Of a DNA stretch of 64,000 bases, positions 41,728 through 52,652 are shown piece by piece (the first letter of the stretch is position 1; every line of letters starts with the position of its first letter). A program made the translations under genes and the position numbers. This DNA comes from Cyanophyceae cyanobacterium (GTDB taxonomy: Bacteria; Cyanobacteriota; Cyanobacteriia; Cyanobacteriales; Laspinemataceae). Location: assembly GCA_038321985.1 (NCBI GenBank), contig JBBQFN010000001.1, positions 1 through 64,000 on the forward strand, in the 5' to 3' direction. Below the pieces are notes generated by a model. The model did not search any database. It was not told where the DNA came from and was given only the letters and a program-made list of their open reading frames with translations.

Positions 41728-42720
41728 ATGAAGATTTGCCGTCTCCAACCTGCGATGGTAGCGATCGCATTATTAGGGCCACTGGGGTTAACAACCGGCG
41801 CAGTCGCTCAAAGCTCCGATCCCTTCGCCCTTGAGAGTCCAACTCAGGGATGTCAAGCCTGCTTACTCGATAGCTTGACGACTCCCACCCTCGCGGTACC
41901 CCTTGCTCCCAATCATACAGACTTATCCCGGAGCGATCCGGAGATGAGATCCCAAACCTCCGATAGTCCTGCCCCCCAAAACGTGAGAGCGCAAACCCAG
42001 CAACTTCAGCAGCGCCTACAAACGTTGCAAGAAGTGCCATTGCAACAAATTTATTTGGGAGCACCGGGAACCAGTTCTAATACCCCCACCGCTTATGGGG
42101 GACGTTTTGGGACTGTCGGAGTCGGTTTGAGCTATCAAGATCGAACCCGGTACACCGAAAAAGCCGACGGCACAGCAGGTGTCGTGATGAGCTTTGGAAA
42201 TCCTCAGACTGTCGTTGGCTTCGATGTCGGGGTGAGTGCCTTAGACTTATCCGACTATGGCGATCGCGGTTCCTTTAACTTCAAAGTTCACCGCGCCCTC
42301 CCCAATGACTTAGCGGTAGCGGTCGGATTGGAAAATGCCCTAATCTGGGGCTTTTCTGATGCGGATACTAGCCTTTACGGAGTCGTCAGCAAGCGATTTC
42401 GCGTTAAAGAAAATAGCCAAGACCCCTTTAGCCGACTTTCCGTCTCTGCCGGAATCGGAAACGGTCGATTTCGGACCGAGGATCAAGTCCAAGACGACGA
42501 AGGAAGTGTGGGCTTATTTGGCAGCCTAGCCGTCCAAGTCGTTCCCCCCGTGAGTCTGTTTACCGAATGGACGGGCCAAGACTTAAACATTGGAGCATCA
42601 GTCTTGCCCTTCCGCAATATACCCCTTGTAATTACACCCACTCTAAGCGACATCACCGGAACCGCTGGTGATGGAACTCGCTTCTCAGTCGGTGTTGGCT
42701 ACGGAATGTCTTTGTTTTAA
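41728..42720 (+). CDS. Hypothetical outer-membrane beta-barrel protein
   Basis: Signal peptide ending AVA-Q, alternating amphipathic beta strands, C-terminal RFSVGVGYGMSLF ending in Phe. Confidence 0.7.
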   Translation: MKICRLQPAMVAIALLGPLGLTTGAVAQSSDPFALESPTQGCQACLLDSLTTPTLAVPLAPNHTDLSRSDPEMRSQTSDSPAPQNVRAQTQQLQQRLQTLQEVPLQQIYLGAPGTSSNTPTAYGGRFGTVGVGLSYQDRTRYTEKADGTAGVVMSFGNPQTVVGFDVGVSALDLSDYGDRGSFNFKVHRALPNDLAVAVGLENALIWGFSDADTSLYGVVSKRFRVKENSQDPFSRLSVSAGIGNGRFRTEDQVQDDEGSVGLFGSLAVQVVPPVSLFTEWTGQDLNIGASVLPFRNIPLVITPTLSDITGTAGDGTRFSVGVGYGMSLF

Positions 42721-42735
42721 CCCAATTTAAGGAGG

Positions 42736-44472
42736 GTGAACGTGAAAGTTCTTTATTTTTTACTCAAAACTGGTCTGTGTCTGAGTCTGCCTCTCGGCTT
42801 TTCCCTAGCGGCCACTCTGATCGCACCGATTCCCGCAATCGCACAAACCAATCAATCGGATAGTACAGGTCCAACCACGGGTACTACAACGACCACAACC
42901 ACGAATACCAATACCACCGTTACCAAGACAGTCGTTATCGTAGGAGGGTCTTCTGGGGGTGGCACAACCGTTGTTACCAACCAATCCGATAGTACCGGGG
43001 GTGTAATTGTCGGTGGGGGTACGATTATTCGAGAAATTACCATCTCGATTACCCGGATTTTAATCGACTCTAACCTGAGTGCATTGGCTCCATTTATGAT
43101 GCCAACCTCGGGTGGGGAAAGCACACCTGTTTCAACCCCAACCCCAACCCCAACCCCAACCCCAACTGGGGAACAGGTTTCGACCCCGGAACCCGCCCCT
43201 GTTATGGAATCTGCTGTCCCTGAACCGACCCCTCCAAGCCCACCGGCTACCACTGAACAGCCCCAACCCCAACAACCGGCTCCGGCTGCAACCAATCAAT
43301 CGGATTCCACGGGAAACAAGCCAGTAGAACTCCCTTCCCCGAGACCGGGTAATACCTCAAACCCCGCGATTCAAGCCGTGGAACTGTCTCAAGGAAATGG
43401 AGGTGGACGGTTTGTGATGCTCGTGCCTCCAGGTAACAGCGGAGTTCGTGGCAATGGTTTCGGAACGTTAGTGGCATTAGCCAATTTGGGAGAACTTGGA
43501 CCCATGCGCCTTTTAGGTCGTTGGACCTGGGGCAGTTGGGGCGGAATGCTAGTCCGAATCGGCAATCAGCGCATTTTTATTAGCCTTGCGGGGATTTCTC
43601 CGGGTTCATCGGAAAGTAACCCCGTGTTACCGGATGGGATGGAAGATGGAGCCTTTAGCTTTGTGGGTGTTGTCACAGGGGCCTGGGTTGACCCCCCGGT
43701 AGCCGAAGGCTTCCGCTACACTATGACCTCAGATTCTCTGTTTACGGAGATTCAAGACTTTCCGACAGGCTTCCCGAATCCGTTTACGGTTTCCGTCAAC
43801 GGTAAAGAACTGGGTGAATTTGGCCCTGGCGATTCTGTAGATTTTACCCAGTTTCCCGGCGGTGGCGTCAAAGAATTTACCATCACGGGTTTAACTCCCT
43901 TAGTGGATCCAGAGAACCCCATTGCCTTCCCCTTGCAAGTCGGGTTTGATACGGAAACCGCTGATTTTACAATGGGTGCGATCCTCGATCCCGAGGCAGT
44001 GGCGTACTATGAGGAAAATGCTCCCGGACCCGAACCCTTCACGTTTAATATTATGAGCGATGGTGGGACGATGGCGATAGCACCCGCTTCGACATCGGAA
44101 GTGTTGCGAGAAAATGCCGATCGCGTTGCTGGGGCGATCGCAGATTCCAGCAAACGTCAGCAGTTCTTAAACAGTGTCGCATCGGTGGAAACTGATTTGA
44201 ACAAGTTATCCTCCACCTTCCAAACCTTGTTACCTGTCGGTGGCGGACTGAATGCAACGGGATTAAATCCCTCGGTGAATTCAGTGGCAAGTCTACGCAA
44301 ATCCCTGCCGGTGTTACTCGAACAGTTATCTACTTTGTCCGATAATGCCTCTGAATCCGAAGCCATGGCAGTCGCCAAAATGGTAGACGAAGTGGAAGGT
44401 ATGACAACCTTATTGGAAGCTGTCACCCCCATGCTGTCTCAGATGAGAGAATCCCTCGCCACTGCGCGATAG
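42736..44472 (+). CDS. Secreted hypothetical protein with three TNQSDSTG motifs, Pro/Thr linkers, a beta-rich domain and a helical tail
   Basis: AAGGAGG RBS, signal peptide ending AIA-Q, (ACCCCA)5 PT repeat. Confidence 0.8.
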   Translation: MNVKVLYFLLKTGLCLSLPLGFSLAATLIAPIPAIAQTNQSDSTGPTTGTTTTTTTNTNTTVTKTVVIVGGSSGGGTTVVTNQSDSTGGVIVGGGTIIREITISITRILIDSNLSALAPFMMPTSGGESTPVSTPTPTPTPTPTGEQVSTPEPAPVMESAVPEPTPPSPPATTEQPQPQQPAPAATNQSDSTGNKPVELPSPRPGNTSNPAIQAVELSQGNGGGRFVMLVPPGNSGVRGNGFGTLVALANLGELGPMRLLGRWTWGSWGGMLVRIGNQRIFISLAGISPGSSESNPVLPDGMEDGAFSFVGVVTGAWVDPPVAEGFRYTMTSDSLFTEIQDFPTGFPNPFTVSVNGKELGEFGPGDSVDFTQFPGGGVKEFTITGLTPLVDPENPIAFPLQVGFDTETADFTMGAILDPEAVAYYEENAPGPEPFTFNIMSDGGTMAIAPASTSEVLRENADRVAGAIADSSKRQQFLNSVASVETDLNKLSSTFQTLLPVGGGLNATGLNPSVNSVASLRKSLPVLLEQLSTLSDNASESEAMAVAKMVDEVEGMTTLLEAVTPMLSQMRESLATAR

Positions 44473-44552
44473 ACGGGCGACTGGTTTCTCGACATTAAAA
44501 CCTAGGCATCAACAGCCCTGGTTATTCCCTTGACACCAGCCAGGGTCAACTC

Positions 44553-44606
44553 ATCCGCCGACGAACAGCTTTTAAGTAAAAAGTGAGTTCATCGGCGGAT
44601 TTTTTT
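44553..44606 (+). terminator. Intrinsic terminator of the 41.7-44.5 kb operon
   Basis: ATCCGCCGACGAAC...GTTCATCGGCGGAT followed by TTTTTT. Confidence 0.75.
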
Positions 44607-44785
44607 GTAGAGATGCGAAATTTCCCGTCTTTATACAGAATTCCTGAGAAACCCTACACTTCATGCCGGATGAGGCGATATAAACTCCAGATCCTCCTTT
44701 GCCAGCTAAAGATAAAATAGGTCTTTGACTAGCGAATTTGGTATCTACCAGGATTTGAGAACCTAATTGATATTCGGGCTACTTC

Positions 44786-45946
44786 TTATTTCGACAAGAT
44801 TAGGGTGCCGTGGTTGTCCATTGCCACAGGCTGTTGTGAATCAGCCCAGTCGCCATTCCTGGAATTTGCCCCTACACTAAAAGCCTGAAAATAGCGGCGG
44901 ACCTCCGGTGGAAACTCAGGAAAATCAAAACAGCCGTCTCCACAGGCAATATCTGCCCAGAAATAGCGTAAAGTTGGCGCTAGAATTTCCGCTTGAGACT
45001 GGGGCAAATTTAGGGGGGAAGCCATGAGTAACTGCATCATAAAGGGATGAGAGCGATCGCCCATCCACTCTCGCGACACTTCCCTCAATTGCGGCCATCC
45101 TGGGACCGATTCGATTTGATGGGTGCAGATATCTAAACACTGCTGCCCCTGGTGATCCGTGCGATAGTGAAATACTCGATAGGGGTGGGGATGACTGACT
45201 AGGGAGCCAGTCGTGATATCATAGAGGCCATGATCAGAGGCTACATCCTGGATGTGTAAATGCCCGGTTAACACGATCTGTACCCCTGCTTCTCGCAGGA
45301 TTTCGACCAGAGTCGGCGCATTGTCCAACATATACCGCTGCCCCATCGCGTGCTGAGATTGTCCGGGTAAGTGTTCTAAAATATTATGGTGAATTGTCAC
45401 CATCACCAGTTCATCGGGAGTGACTTGATCTAATACCCCTTGCAACCATACTAATTGGGCTTGATCCATTCGCCCCAGTTGCTTGCCATTTTGGTCAAAT
45501 TCGTTAGAATTAAGACCAATCAGGCGGACTCCAGGTAAGACTTTATGGCTATAGTAAAGTTGCTCGGGATTCTGATACCCAAATTGGCGATAATAAGCGG
45601 GAAAATCGGCCAGCCCAATCGACTTTTTATCCGCGATCGCCCCCGGGACGTCATGATTTCCGGGAATTACATAAGCAGGAAATGGCAATTCTGTCAAGCG
45701 GTCTGCTAACCATTTATGATTGGCCGGTTCTCCATGCTGAGTTAAATCCCCAGGTAGGATTAAAAAATCAATATCCAGTTGAGTTAAATGCTCAAGGGCG
45801 ATTTCTAAAGCCGGGATACTGGCTTCAACCAAATGAAAGCGGCTGGGATGATCCCAAATTGTTTCTGGGATAGCAACGTGCGGGTCACTGATAACGGCAA
45901 ATTTAAAATCCCGAATGGTCTTCTTTTTCAAAAATTTCCCAGTCAT
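44786..45946 (-). CDS. Calcineurin-like metallophosphoesterase
   Basis: SDPH, PGDLT, PGNHD, HHN, TGHLH. Confidence 0.9.
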   Translation of the reverse strand: MTGKFLKKKTIRDFKFAVISDPHVAIPETIWDHPSRFHLVEASIPALEIALEHLTQLDIDFLILPGDLTQHGEPANHKWLADRLTELPFPAYVIPGNHDVPGAIADKKSIGLADFPAYYRQFGYQNPEQLYYSHKVLPGVRLIGLNSNEFDQNGKQLGRMDQAQLVWLQGVLDQVTPDELVMVTIHHNILEHLPGQSQHAMGQRYMLDNAPTLVEILREAGVQIVLTGHLHIQDVASDHGLYDITTGSLVSHPHPYRVFHYRTDHQGQQCLDICTHQIESVPGWPQLREVSREWMGDRSHPFMMQLLMASPLNLPQSQAEILAPTLRYFWADIACGDGCFDFPEFPPEVRRYFQAFSVGANSRNGDWADSQQPVAMDNHGTLILSK

Positions 45947-46157
45947 AAGTTATAAAATAAAAAACAAAGAGTTTCAGATAGAGGTAATCAAAAAATGGCT
46001 ATCAATTTCACAAAGGATTAACCTCTGATTCCGGTTTCTCAGGACCATTAAAATTCCGAGTGCATGATCCAATTGCGGTGTTTTCCCCTGGGTTTGATAG
46101 CCTCCATGAGGATCTCAACTAGAGTTTAAACTGTATTTAGTTTACCAAGGAAAGTAA

Positions 46158-47771
46158 ATGAGTGACACTGAAAATCCCACCAACAAACAACCCTTCGAGA
46201 TCGTACCCCAAAAATTGCCAGAGATAGAACCGGACAATCAACCCGGAGCTCCCCTCCTCAACCCTGAGATATCGAGTGTAGATTTACCCCCACAACAAGA
46301 GGACTGGGAAACGGTAGAATTTCCCCATGCCATCAGTATTGATGCCTTGTTAGTGAGCAGTGAGGAAGAAGAAAGGACGGGACAGATTCTCCGGAGTAAT
46401 GAGTCCATTGGGGAGGCGATCGCCCGCATTAATGCCCCCTCTATCTCCCCAGCAGCGTCACCCCCAGAAGTCCGGGTAGAACAATTGCAACAGGAGAATG
46501 TAGAACTTGATGGCAGAGTGGAACAATTAGAAACCCTGCTGCATGAATGTAGACAATCCTTACAGCAGCAGCGATCGCAAGCCTTAGATCGCCAAAAATT
46601 ATTAGATCGGCGCACCCTTGAACTCAAAAGTATTACCGGACAAATTGAGCATCTGTCTGAACATATCCAATCCGCGACTCGACAGATCCAACAGCAACAA
46701 CAACAAATCGCTTACTTAGGGACCGAACTGCAAACTAGCCAAGAGATTAGAGCAAAGCTGGAACGAGAATGTGCCCTAACTCAGCAAGGGTATCACGAAC
46801 AATCCCAAATTTTAGTCCAAACCCAAACCACTTGTCGGGACCTACGATCTCGCCTCCATCGCCAGCAACGCCACACCTTACAATTTAAAGCGGCCCTGGA
46901 AAAATGTATTGAGACCCCGTTAGAAAAAGCGAATGCGATCGCCTCCTTGGGGCACTCTACCCTAGAAGAACCCCTCGATACCCTCGAAACCCCAGCCTTA
47001 GATGCGATCGGCAACTCAAATCAATCCAACAACACCCGTTTTCCAAAAGCCGACCCCATCAAACCCTGGTCAATTTCTGATTCTGATGAAGAAGAACCCC
47101 TGCGGCACACCGTTCAAGAATTGAAACCCGGGGCAGACTTGTCCAAAATCCGCCTACCTTTATCCGCCAAAGGCGAGAATTTGAAACCGTTTCCGTCCCA
47201 TATTCCAGCCCAGGAACCGATCCCTGAGCAACGCTCTACTCGGACCGAAATTCAACCCCAAGAACCGGAAAATGAGCAGCCCGTCTGGGAAGATTTAGAT
47301 TCTTTAATAGAGAAGCCTCGTTTGGAATCTAAACGCGATCGCCCAGTCATTTTGACGCCGGCGACGCCCTCTTCTTTATCCTTGCATCTGCCGTCCGTAT
47401 CCATCATTTCTCCATTAACCGATCGCCTCAGCGATCGCACCTCAAGCAGCCGGTCAAACGTAGATACACCCCCGGCCACTTCTCAGCCTGAACCCCTATT
47501 AACAGGCAGCAGCGAGGTGCAATTGTTGTTACAAGCGAAAGCATTTTCTGAACAATCCCAAGGAAATACTTCAACCCCGCTAAATTTGTCCGAAAACTCC
47601 TCCCAAACGGGGCAGGAACAGCCCAATTTAGGGCCTAATACCTCCTCCAACAGTGGAGAGTCAAACGAAGCCAGTTGGCCCGCACCCGTCGTCTATCCTG
47701 TGCGATCGGCACAAAAAAAACGACACTCTTTCTCAGCGGTAGAATTACCAACTTTTTCTAATAACAAATAA
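46158..47771 (+). CDS. Hypothetical coiled-coil protein
   Basis: Long Q/E/L heptad region, disordered tail, C-terminal WPAPVVYP...VELPTF motif. Confidence 0.75.
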   Translation: MSDTENPTNKQPFEIVPQKLPEIEPDNQPGAPLLNPEISSVDLPPQQEDWETVEFPHAISIDALLVSSEEEERTGQILRSNESIGEAIARINAPSISPAASPPEVRVEQLQQENVELDGRVEQLETLLHECRQSLQQQRSQALDRQKLLDRRTLELKSITGQIEHLSEHIQSATRQIQQQQQQIAYLGTELQTSQEIRAKLERECALTQQGYHEQSQILVQTQTTCRDLRSRLHRQQRHTLQFKAALEKCIETPLEKANAIASLGHSTLEEPLDTLETPALDAIGNSNQSNNTRFPKADPIKPWSISDSDEEEPLRHTVQELKPGADLSKIRLPLSAKGENLKPFPSHIPAQEPIPEQRSTRTEIQPQEPENEQPVWEDLDSLIEKPRLESKRDRPVILTPATPSSLSLHLPSVSIISPLTDRLSDRTSSSRSNVDTPPATSQPEPLLTGSSEVQLLLQAKAFSEQSQGNTSTPLNLSENSSQTGQEQPNLGPNTSSNSGESNEASWPAPVVYPVRSAQKKRHSFSAVELPTFSNNK

Positions 47772-47885
47772 GGAGACTTACAAGGGTAAATTTTTTAGGA
47801 CAAATCCTATTCAATCAATACAGAGACCTCCAGTCCCCTCCCCAAGACAGAGGGGAGGGATATCTCCCCTCTCTACCGCTCTTTT

Positions 47886-49970
47886 TTAGCCACTCACCCC
47901 TTCTTCCACCGTTGGATTTTTGCTTAGATTCCAGCGCTTTAACTCTCCTTGTGGGCGTCCGAGTCCATCAGTCAGAGCATAACTTTTGGCTAATAACCAC
48001 AGCCATAACCCGGGAAATCGGGGTTCTAATCCGGGTTGAATATTGCGGACTAATCCAGGTAACCAAGCTAATAACCAGCTCAATAGAGAAATCACCGTAA
48101 AGTAAAGATAACTGCCGACCCAGCGCAGCATATCTTTAGGCCCAGCTAGCTCCCAAATCCATAACAATAAGGATGGGTTTTGCCAAGCCGCTTTGAGTGC
48201 TAATCGATGAAATGTCAGCCAGTCTACCCGGTCTTTAATAAAGGTATCAGCAACAGGTTCGGGTTCTCCAGCTAATACTCCAAAAAATGTATTAAGCATG
48301 GAGTTAATGCGTTCAGGCGGCAAAAACCGACCCGTTGGCACCATCATGCCTTTAGAAAATAGCCACGTTACAGCAACATTGCTCTGAAAGGCGCGAATTT
48401 GATTTAAGTGACGTGACTCCAACAAATCATGTTTAAGGGCGGTATCCAGCAGATTGGTTAACCGTGCCATATTGCGGACGAGGGAACCAAATCCGGTAAA
48501 TACCAGGGGAGATTGCAAAGAGGCAGCATCTCCGATCGCGATCAAACGGTTGACTGCCACCCGGCGATCGTGACTGGCAACACTAAAATATCCTGGAATA
48601 TAACCAAATGTGGCTTTTTTCCACTCTAGGCGATCGAGATCGCAGCGTCGATACTCTGGCAGAATTGTAAAAAAGTCTTCGTACATTTCCAATAACGAAC
48701 CGGGGTTATCGGGGTGTACCTGATGGTAGTGGAACAAATAAAACGTTAGTTCTGAACCCGAACCTGGGAATAACTCCCAAATCAGTTGTCGTCCCCGGGA
48801 AATATCCCCATGACTGTTAAGAACATCGCCATATTGGTAATCCCAAACCCCGGGTTCAAATCCATCATTAATCACCGCACCAACCGTCGGACAAACACTA
48901 TCGAAAGTGCGACTGCCGTTAAGCTGCCATGCGATCGGGGAAGCAGTTCCCATTGCATCCACCAACAGGCGACCCTCGGCGACTCGTTCCTCTCCAGTGG
49001 GTAGATGTTTTGCCTTGACAATGACCTGCTGGGGTTCTACTTCAGCACTGATAAATTCTGTTTCATCCCAAATTTCTCCCCCGGCTTCCCGGAGTTTTGT
49101 CCCACAAATTTTAAGCAATTTTTCTGCATCTAAGGCAATATTGAGAACCGTAGGCGTATGCAGAATGGGGGCTTTGCATTGGGGGGGATTATTCGCATCA
49201 AAAAATTTATGAAACCCATCTTTATATTCACAGGCAATAATACTTTCAAATTCGGCTGAGGTAAATAAACCCAGGTCAATCAGGTTTTGAAATTCACCCC
49301 GGGAAATATTCCATTCCCGATTCATGCGACCAAAAGGCAACCGTTCCAACAGTAGAACCCGATAGCCAAGTCGCGCCATTACGGCTGCATGAATTACCCC
49401 CAAGGCCCCGCCAATGTAGATTAAATCGTAAGGGGGAGGAGTGGAGGATTCGCTTTGGGTTTTTTGAAAGAGAACCTGTTTGGGTTGTTGGGGATTGCGA
49501 ACTCCTTCGCGCCACCGTTGTTCCCACCAGTAAACGCGCTTGAGGTCGTATTCTCCGTTGGGAATTTTTTGAAAGTATTTAACAGTCAGGGGGTAATCTG
49601 AGGCTAATGCTTCAAAGATACTTTGCTCGGATAAGTCGATCGCCGGAGGTTCGGGATAATGGCAGGGAAACCGATTTCTCACCTGGTCAGTCAACCGTGC
49701 CAGGACTTGTTTTTCCCCCGGAATAGGTTTGTCAGACCACCGGAAGACTTTGATGTAGACGGTTCTCTGAACAGTCCAGGCAAAGATAGAGAGTTCCCTA
49801 GAGAGTTGAGGTTCTACAGCGGATTGGGCGAGTTCTTGACAAAATTCGATTCTTATGCCATCACGAGTAAAGAGTTTTTTCCCATGGTCCAGAGTGAAGT
49901 CCTGGTGCAACCAAGTACGAACGGCTTCAATATCAGGGGTGGGAACTTCTAAATAGAGGATTTCTTTCAT
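47886..49970 (-). CDS. cruA: CruA-type lycopene cyclase (flavoprotein)
   Basis: YDLIYIGGALG, MNREWNISR, DAMGTASP, GDAASLQSPLVFTGFG. The ~690-aa length with N-terminal extension fits CruA better than CruP. Confidence 0.8.
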   Translation of the reverse strand: MKEILYLEVPTPDIEAVRTWLHQDFTLDHGKKLFTRDGIRIEFCQELAQSAVEPQLSRELSIFAWTVQRTVYIKVFRWSDKPIPGEKQVLARLTDQVRNRFPCHYPEPPAIDLSEQSIFEALASDYPLTVKYFQKIPNGEYDLKRVYWWEQRWREGVRNPQQPKQVLFQKTQSESSTPPPYDLIYIGGALGVIHAAVMARLGYRVLLLERLPFGRMNREWNISRGEFQNLIDLGLFTSAEFESIIACEYKDGFHKFFDANNPPQCKAPILHTPTVLNIALDAEKLLKICGTKLREAGGEIWDETEFISAEVEPQQVIVKAKHLPTGEERVAEGRLLVDAMGTASPIAWQLNGSRTFDSVCPTVGAVINDGFEPGVWDYQYGDVLNSHGDISRGRQLIWELFPGSGSELTFYLFHYHQVHPDNPGSLLEMYEDFFTILPEYRRCDLDRLEWKKATFGYIPGYFSVASHDRRVAVNRLIAIGDAASLQSPLVFTGFGSLVRNMARLTNLLDTALKHDLLESRHLNQIRAFQSNVAVTWLFSKGMMVPTGRFLPPERINSMLNTFFGVLAGEPEPVADTFIKDRVDWLTFHRLALKAAWQNPSLLLWIWELAGPKDMLRWVGSYLYFTVISLLSWLLAWLPGLVRNIQPGLEPRFPGLWLWLLAKSYALTDGLGRPQGELKRWNLSKNPTVEEGVSG

Positions 49971-50122
49971 TATGAGCGAGATTTACTCCAATAAATCGGC
50001 TAAAAATAGGGTTGACAAGGGGGAAAAGTGCGCTAAGATTCCGGTTACAGAATTAAAATTCCTTAAAAAAAGTTAAGAACCTCATCATATTTATTGAGAC
50101 CCAGGAGATCTGCGGATTAACC

Positions 50123-50356
50123 ATGAATTATCCCATTCCCACGAGTCCACAAGAACTTGTTGCGCTGCGGCAACAACCCATCGATGAAGAATTAGTAGCA
50201 TCGGCGATCGCGGGGGTGATACAAATTGCACGAGCACAGGGGAAGTCTTTAGACGAAGTGACGGCAGAGGTCCTAGCCGATGACTCGCTTCTAGACTTAC
50301 ATCAGCGACGGTGGCTGAGTGAATTAGTCTCTCAAGCCTGGGATAGCCTAGGGTAG
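50123..50356 (+). CDS. Small hypothetical protein
   Basis: AGGAG RBS; helical 77-aa ORF (AIAGVIQIARAQGKSLDEV). Confidence 0.75.
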   Translation: MNYPIPTSPQELVALRQQPIDEELVASAIAGVIQIARAQGKSLDEVTAEVLADDSLLDLHQRRWLSELVSQAWDSLG

Positions 50357-50671
50357 CCAGAAATAGCACCCAATCTTACCCTATTCTAGGCGCTAGGGTA
50401 GCGGAGCTTCTTCAGCCTCGGACAGGTTATACCAAAAGCATGAAACTCTAATGATTCCCGTTTCCATAGCGATCGCTCCGCCCTTCGGGGAGGGCTTTGA
50501 TCCAGCACAATTGCGTACTTTAGTTGATTGAACAGACTTCTGGGGTTTCTGTCAACTCCACCCCGACACCCCCACAGAATACCCGCGATCGCGTTTCTCT
50601 TGCGATCGCGGGTATAATTTCATCCCCGGTTCAGCATAAAATCATCTTAAGTTCATTACAAAGATCCGACC

Positions 50672-51226
50672 TTGGATATACTCTTACGCCTATCCACCCT
50701 CATTGATCGTCTGAATGAATATATCGGACGTTTCTTGAGTTGGCTGGTCCTGCTCATGGTCCTCGTTGGCGTCTGGAACGTCATCGGTCGCTATCTGGGG
50801 CGTGCAGTAGGTCAAAATCTGACCTCCAATGCCCTGATCGAAGGCCAATGGTACATTTTCGATATTATTTTTCTATGGGGTGCGGCCTATGCCCTCAAGC
50901 ATGACGAGCACGTTCGGGTCGATGTTTTCTATAGCAATTGGTCCCCCAAGCGGAAAGCCTTAGTAGACTTTCTCGGCACTATTTTATTCCTAATTCCTTT
51001 CTCTATTCTGATCATATTTTTCTCCTGGAATACTGTCGTCCAATCCTGGGCGATCGGTGAAGTCTCCCCGGACCCCGGTGGATTACCTCGCTACCCCATT
51101 AAAACGGTCATTCTGATCGGCTTCGCCCTCCTCATTCTCCAAGGAATTTCCGAAGCTATTAAAAAGTTTGCCATTTTCCAAGGCTGGCTACCAGCCCACG
51201 AGGAACGACATGAATCTGAGTTATGA
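50672..51226 (+). CDS. dctQ: TRAP transporter small permease
   Basis: Four TM, AYALKHDEHVRVDVFY, SPDPGGLPRY. Confidence 0.9.
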   Translation: MDILLRLSTLIDRLNEYIGRFLSWLVLLMVLVGVWNVIGRYLGRAVGQNLTSNALIEGQWYIFDIIFLWGAAYALKHDEHVRVDVFYSNWSPKRKALVDFLGTILFLIPFSILIIFFSWNTVVQSWAIGEVSPDPGGLPRYPIKTVILIGFALLILQGISEAIKKFAIFQGWLPAHEERHESEL

Positions 51227-52550
51227 CTATCAATGGCTAGGACCTGCTATGTTTGCCGGTGCCTTAGTCTTATTATCCTTTGGTTATCCTGTCGCATTTT
51301 CCCTCGGTGGCGTCGCCATCCTGTTTGGTCTTTTAGGGATGGCTTTGGGTGTATTTGACCCGATCATGTTAAACGCGATGCCTTTAAGAATCTTTGGCAT
51401 CATGGAAAACTATACCCTCCTGGCTATCCCCTACTTTATCTTTATGGGGGCAATGCTTGAAAAATCTGGCATTGCCGAAAACCTGTTAGAAACGATGGGA
51501 ATTCTATTCGGGCGCTTGCGGGGGGGATTGGCCCTGGCGGTAGTATTAGTCGGCGCATTATTAGCCGCCACCACCGGGGTCGTCGCCGCAACCGTAGTGG
51601 CGATGGGATTAATTTCCCTACCCATTATGCTGAGATATGGCTATAACAAAGAACTAGCAACCGGGGTAATTGCAGCTTCGGGAACCCTAGGACAAATTAT
51701 CCCACCTTCTGTTGTTTTAGTGGTACTTGGGGACCAATTAGGAATCTCCGTCGGCGATTTATTTATGGGTTCATTGATACCGGGATTAATGATGGCCGGT
51801 GCCTTTGCCCTGCACGTTATCATTATTGCTTTTTTACGGCCTGATTTAGCCCCAGCATTGCCTCCCGAAGTTCGCACCATGACCGGGAAAAAGTTGCTGA
51901 TTCGCATCATCACCGTCATGATCCCGCCCACCCTCTTAATTTTATTAGTTCTGGGTAGTATCTTTTTTGGTATTGCCACCCCCACAGAAGCTGGGGCTGT
52001 CGGTGCATTGGGGGCAACTGTTCTGGCTTGGGCCAATCGACGCATCAGTTGGGCATCCATGCAAGGCGTCTGTGATATCACCCTACGGACCACCACAATG
52101 GTGATGCTCATCCTCATCGGTTCCACCGCATTTAGCCTAATTTTCCGAGGATTACATGGGGATAGCTTCATGTTTGATTTACTTACCAACCTCCCCGGAG
52201 AAACTACAGGCTTTTTGTTCGTGAGTATGCTGACGGTTTTCATCCTAGGATTCTTTATCGATTTCTTTGAAATTGCATTTATTGTGGTCCCTCTCTTTGT
52301 TCCTGTCGCCCAAACATTAGGTTTAGATCTGGTGTGGTTTGGCGTGATTTTGGGGGCCAACCTCCAAACTTCTTTTTTAACTCCCCCCTTTGGTTTTGCT
52401 TTATTTTATCTGCGCGGCATTGCGCCGCCTGAAGTAACAACGGGAGATATTTATCGGGGGGTAATTCCGTTTATTTTGATTCAACTGTTTGTGTTAATTC
52501 TGTTGATTATATTTCCCGGAATTGTTAGTTTTTTACCCTCTCTTTCTTGA
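51210..52550 (+). CDS. dctM: TRAP transporter large permease
   Basis: LLAIPYFIFMG, GTLGQIIPPS, ATPTEAGAVG, LTPPFG. Confidence 0.93.
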   Translation: MNLSYDYQWLGPAMFAGALVLLSFGYPVAFSLGGVAILFGLLGMALGVFDPIMLNAMPLRIFGIMENYTLLAIPYFIFMGAMLEKSGIAENLLETMGILFGRLRGGLALAVVLVGALLAATTGVVAATVVAMGLISLPIMLRYGYNKELATGVIAASGTLGQIIPPSVVLVVLGDQLGISVGDLFMGSLIPGLMMAGAFALHVIIIAFLRPDLAPALPPEVRTMTGKKLLIRIITVMIPPTLLILLVLGSIFFGIATPTEAGAVGALGATVLAWANRRISWASMQGVCDITLRTTTMVMLILIGSTAFSLIFRGLHGDSFMFDLLTNLPGETTGFLFVSMLTVFILGFFIDFFEIAFIVVPLFVPVAQTLGLDLVWFGVILGANLQTSFLTPPFGFALFYLRGIAPPEVTTGDIYRGVIPFILIQLFVLILLIIFPGIVSFLPSLS

Positions 52551-52554
52551 AAAA

Positions 52555-52581
52555 ATCCCCCACCCAGCTAGGGTGGGGGAT
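52555..52581. terminator. Hairpin between convergent dctM and gifB
   Basis: ATCCCCCACCC-AGCTA-GGGTGGGGGAT with an upstream A run (a T tail on the minus strand). Confidence 0.75.
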
Positions 52582-52652
52582 AGTTGTTAAATAAATCGCG
52601 TTGAGGGGGTTTTAAACCTATTTGAATTGTCCCGGATATTGAAAAAGTCCCC

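Noticed and set aside
50672..52550. TRAP transporter lacking dctP as a sign of decay
   Set aside because: Both permease genes look intact, and the binding-protein gene can be encoded elsewhere.
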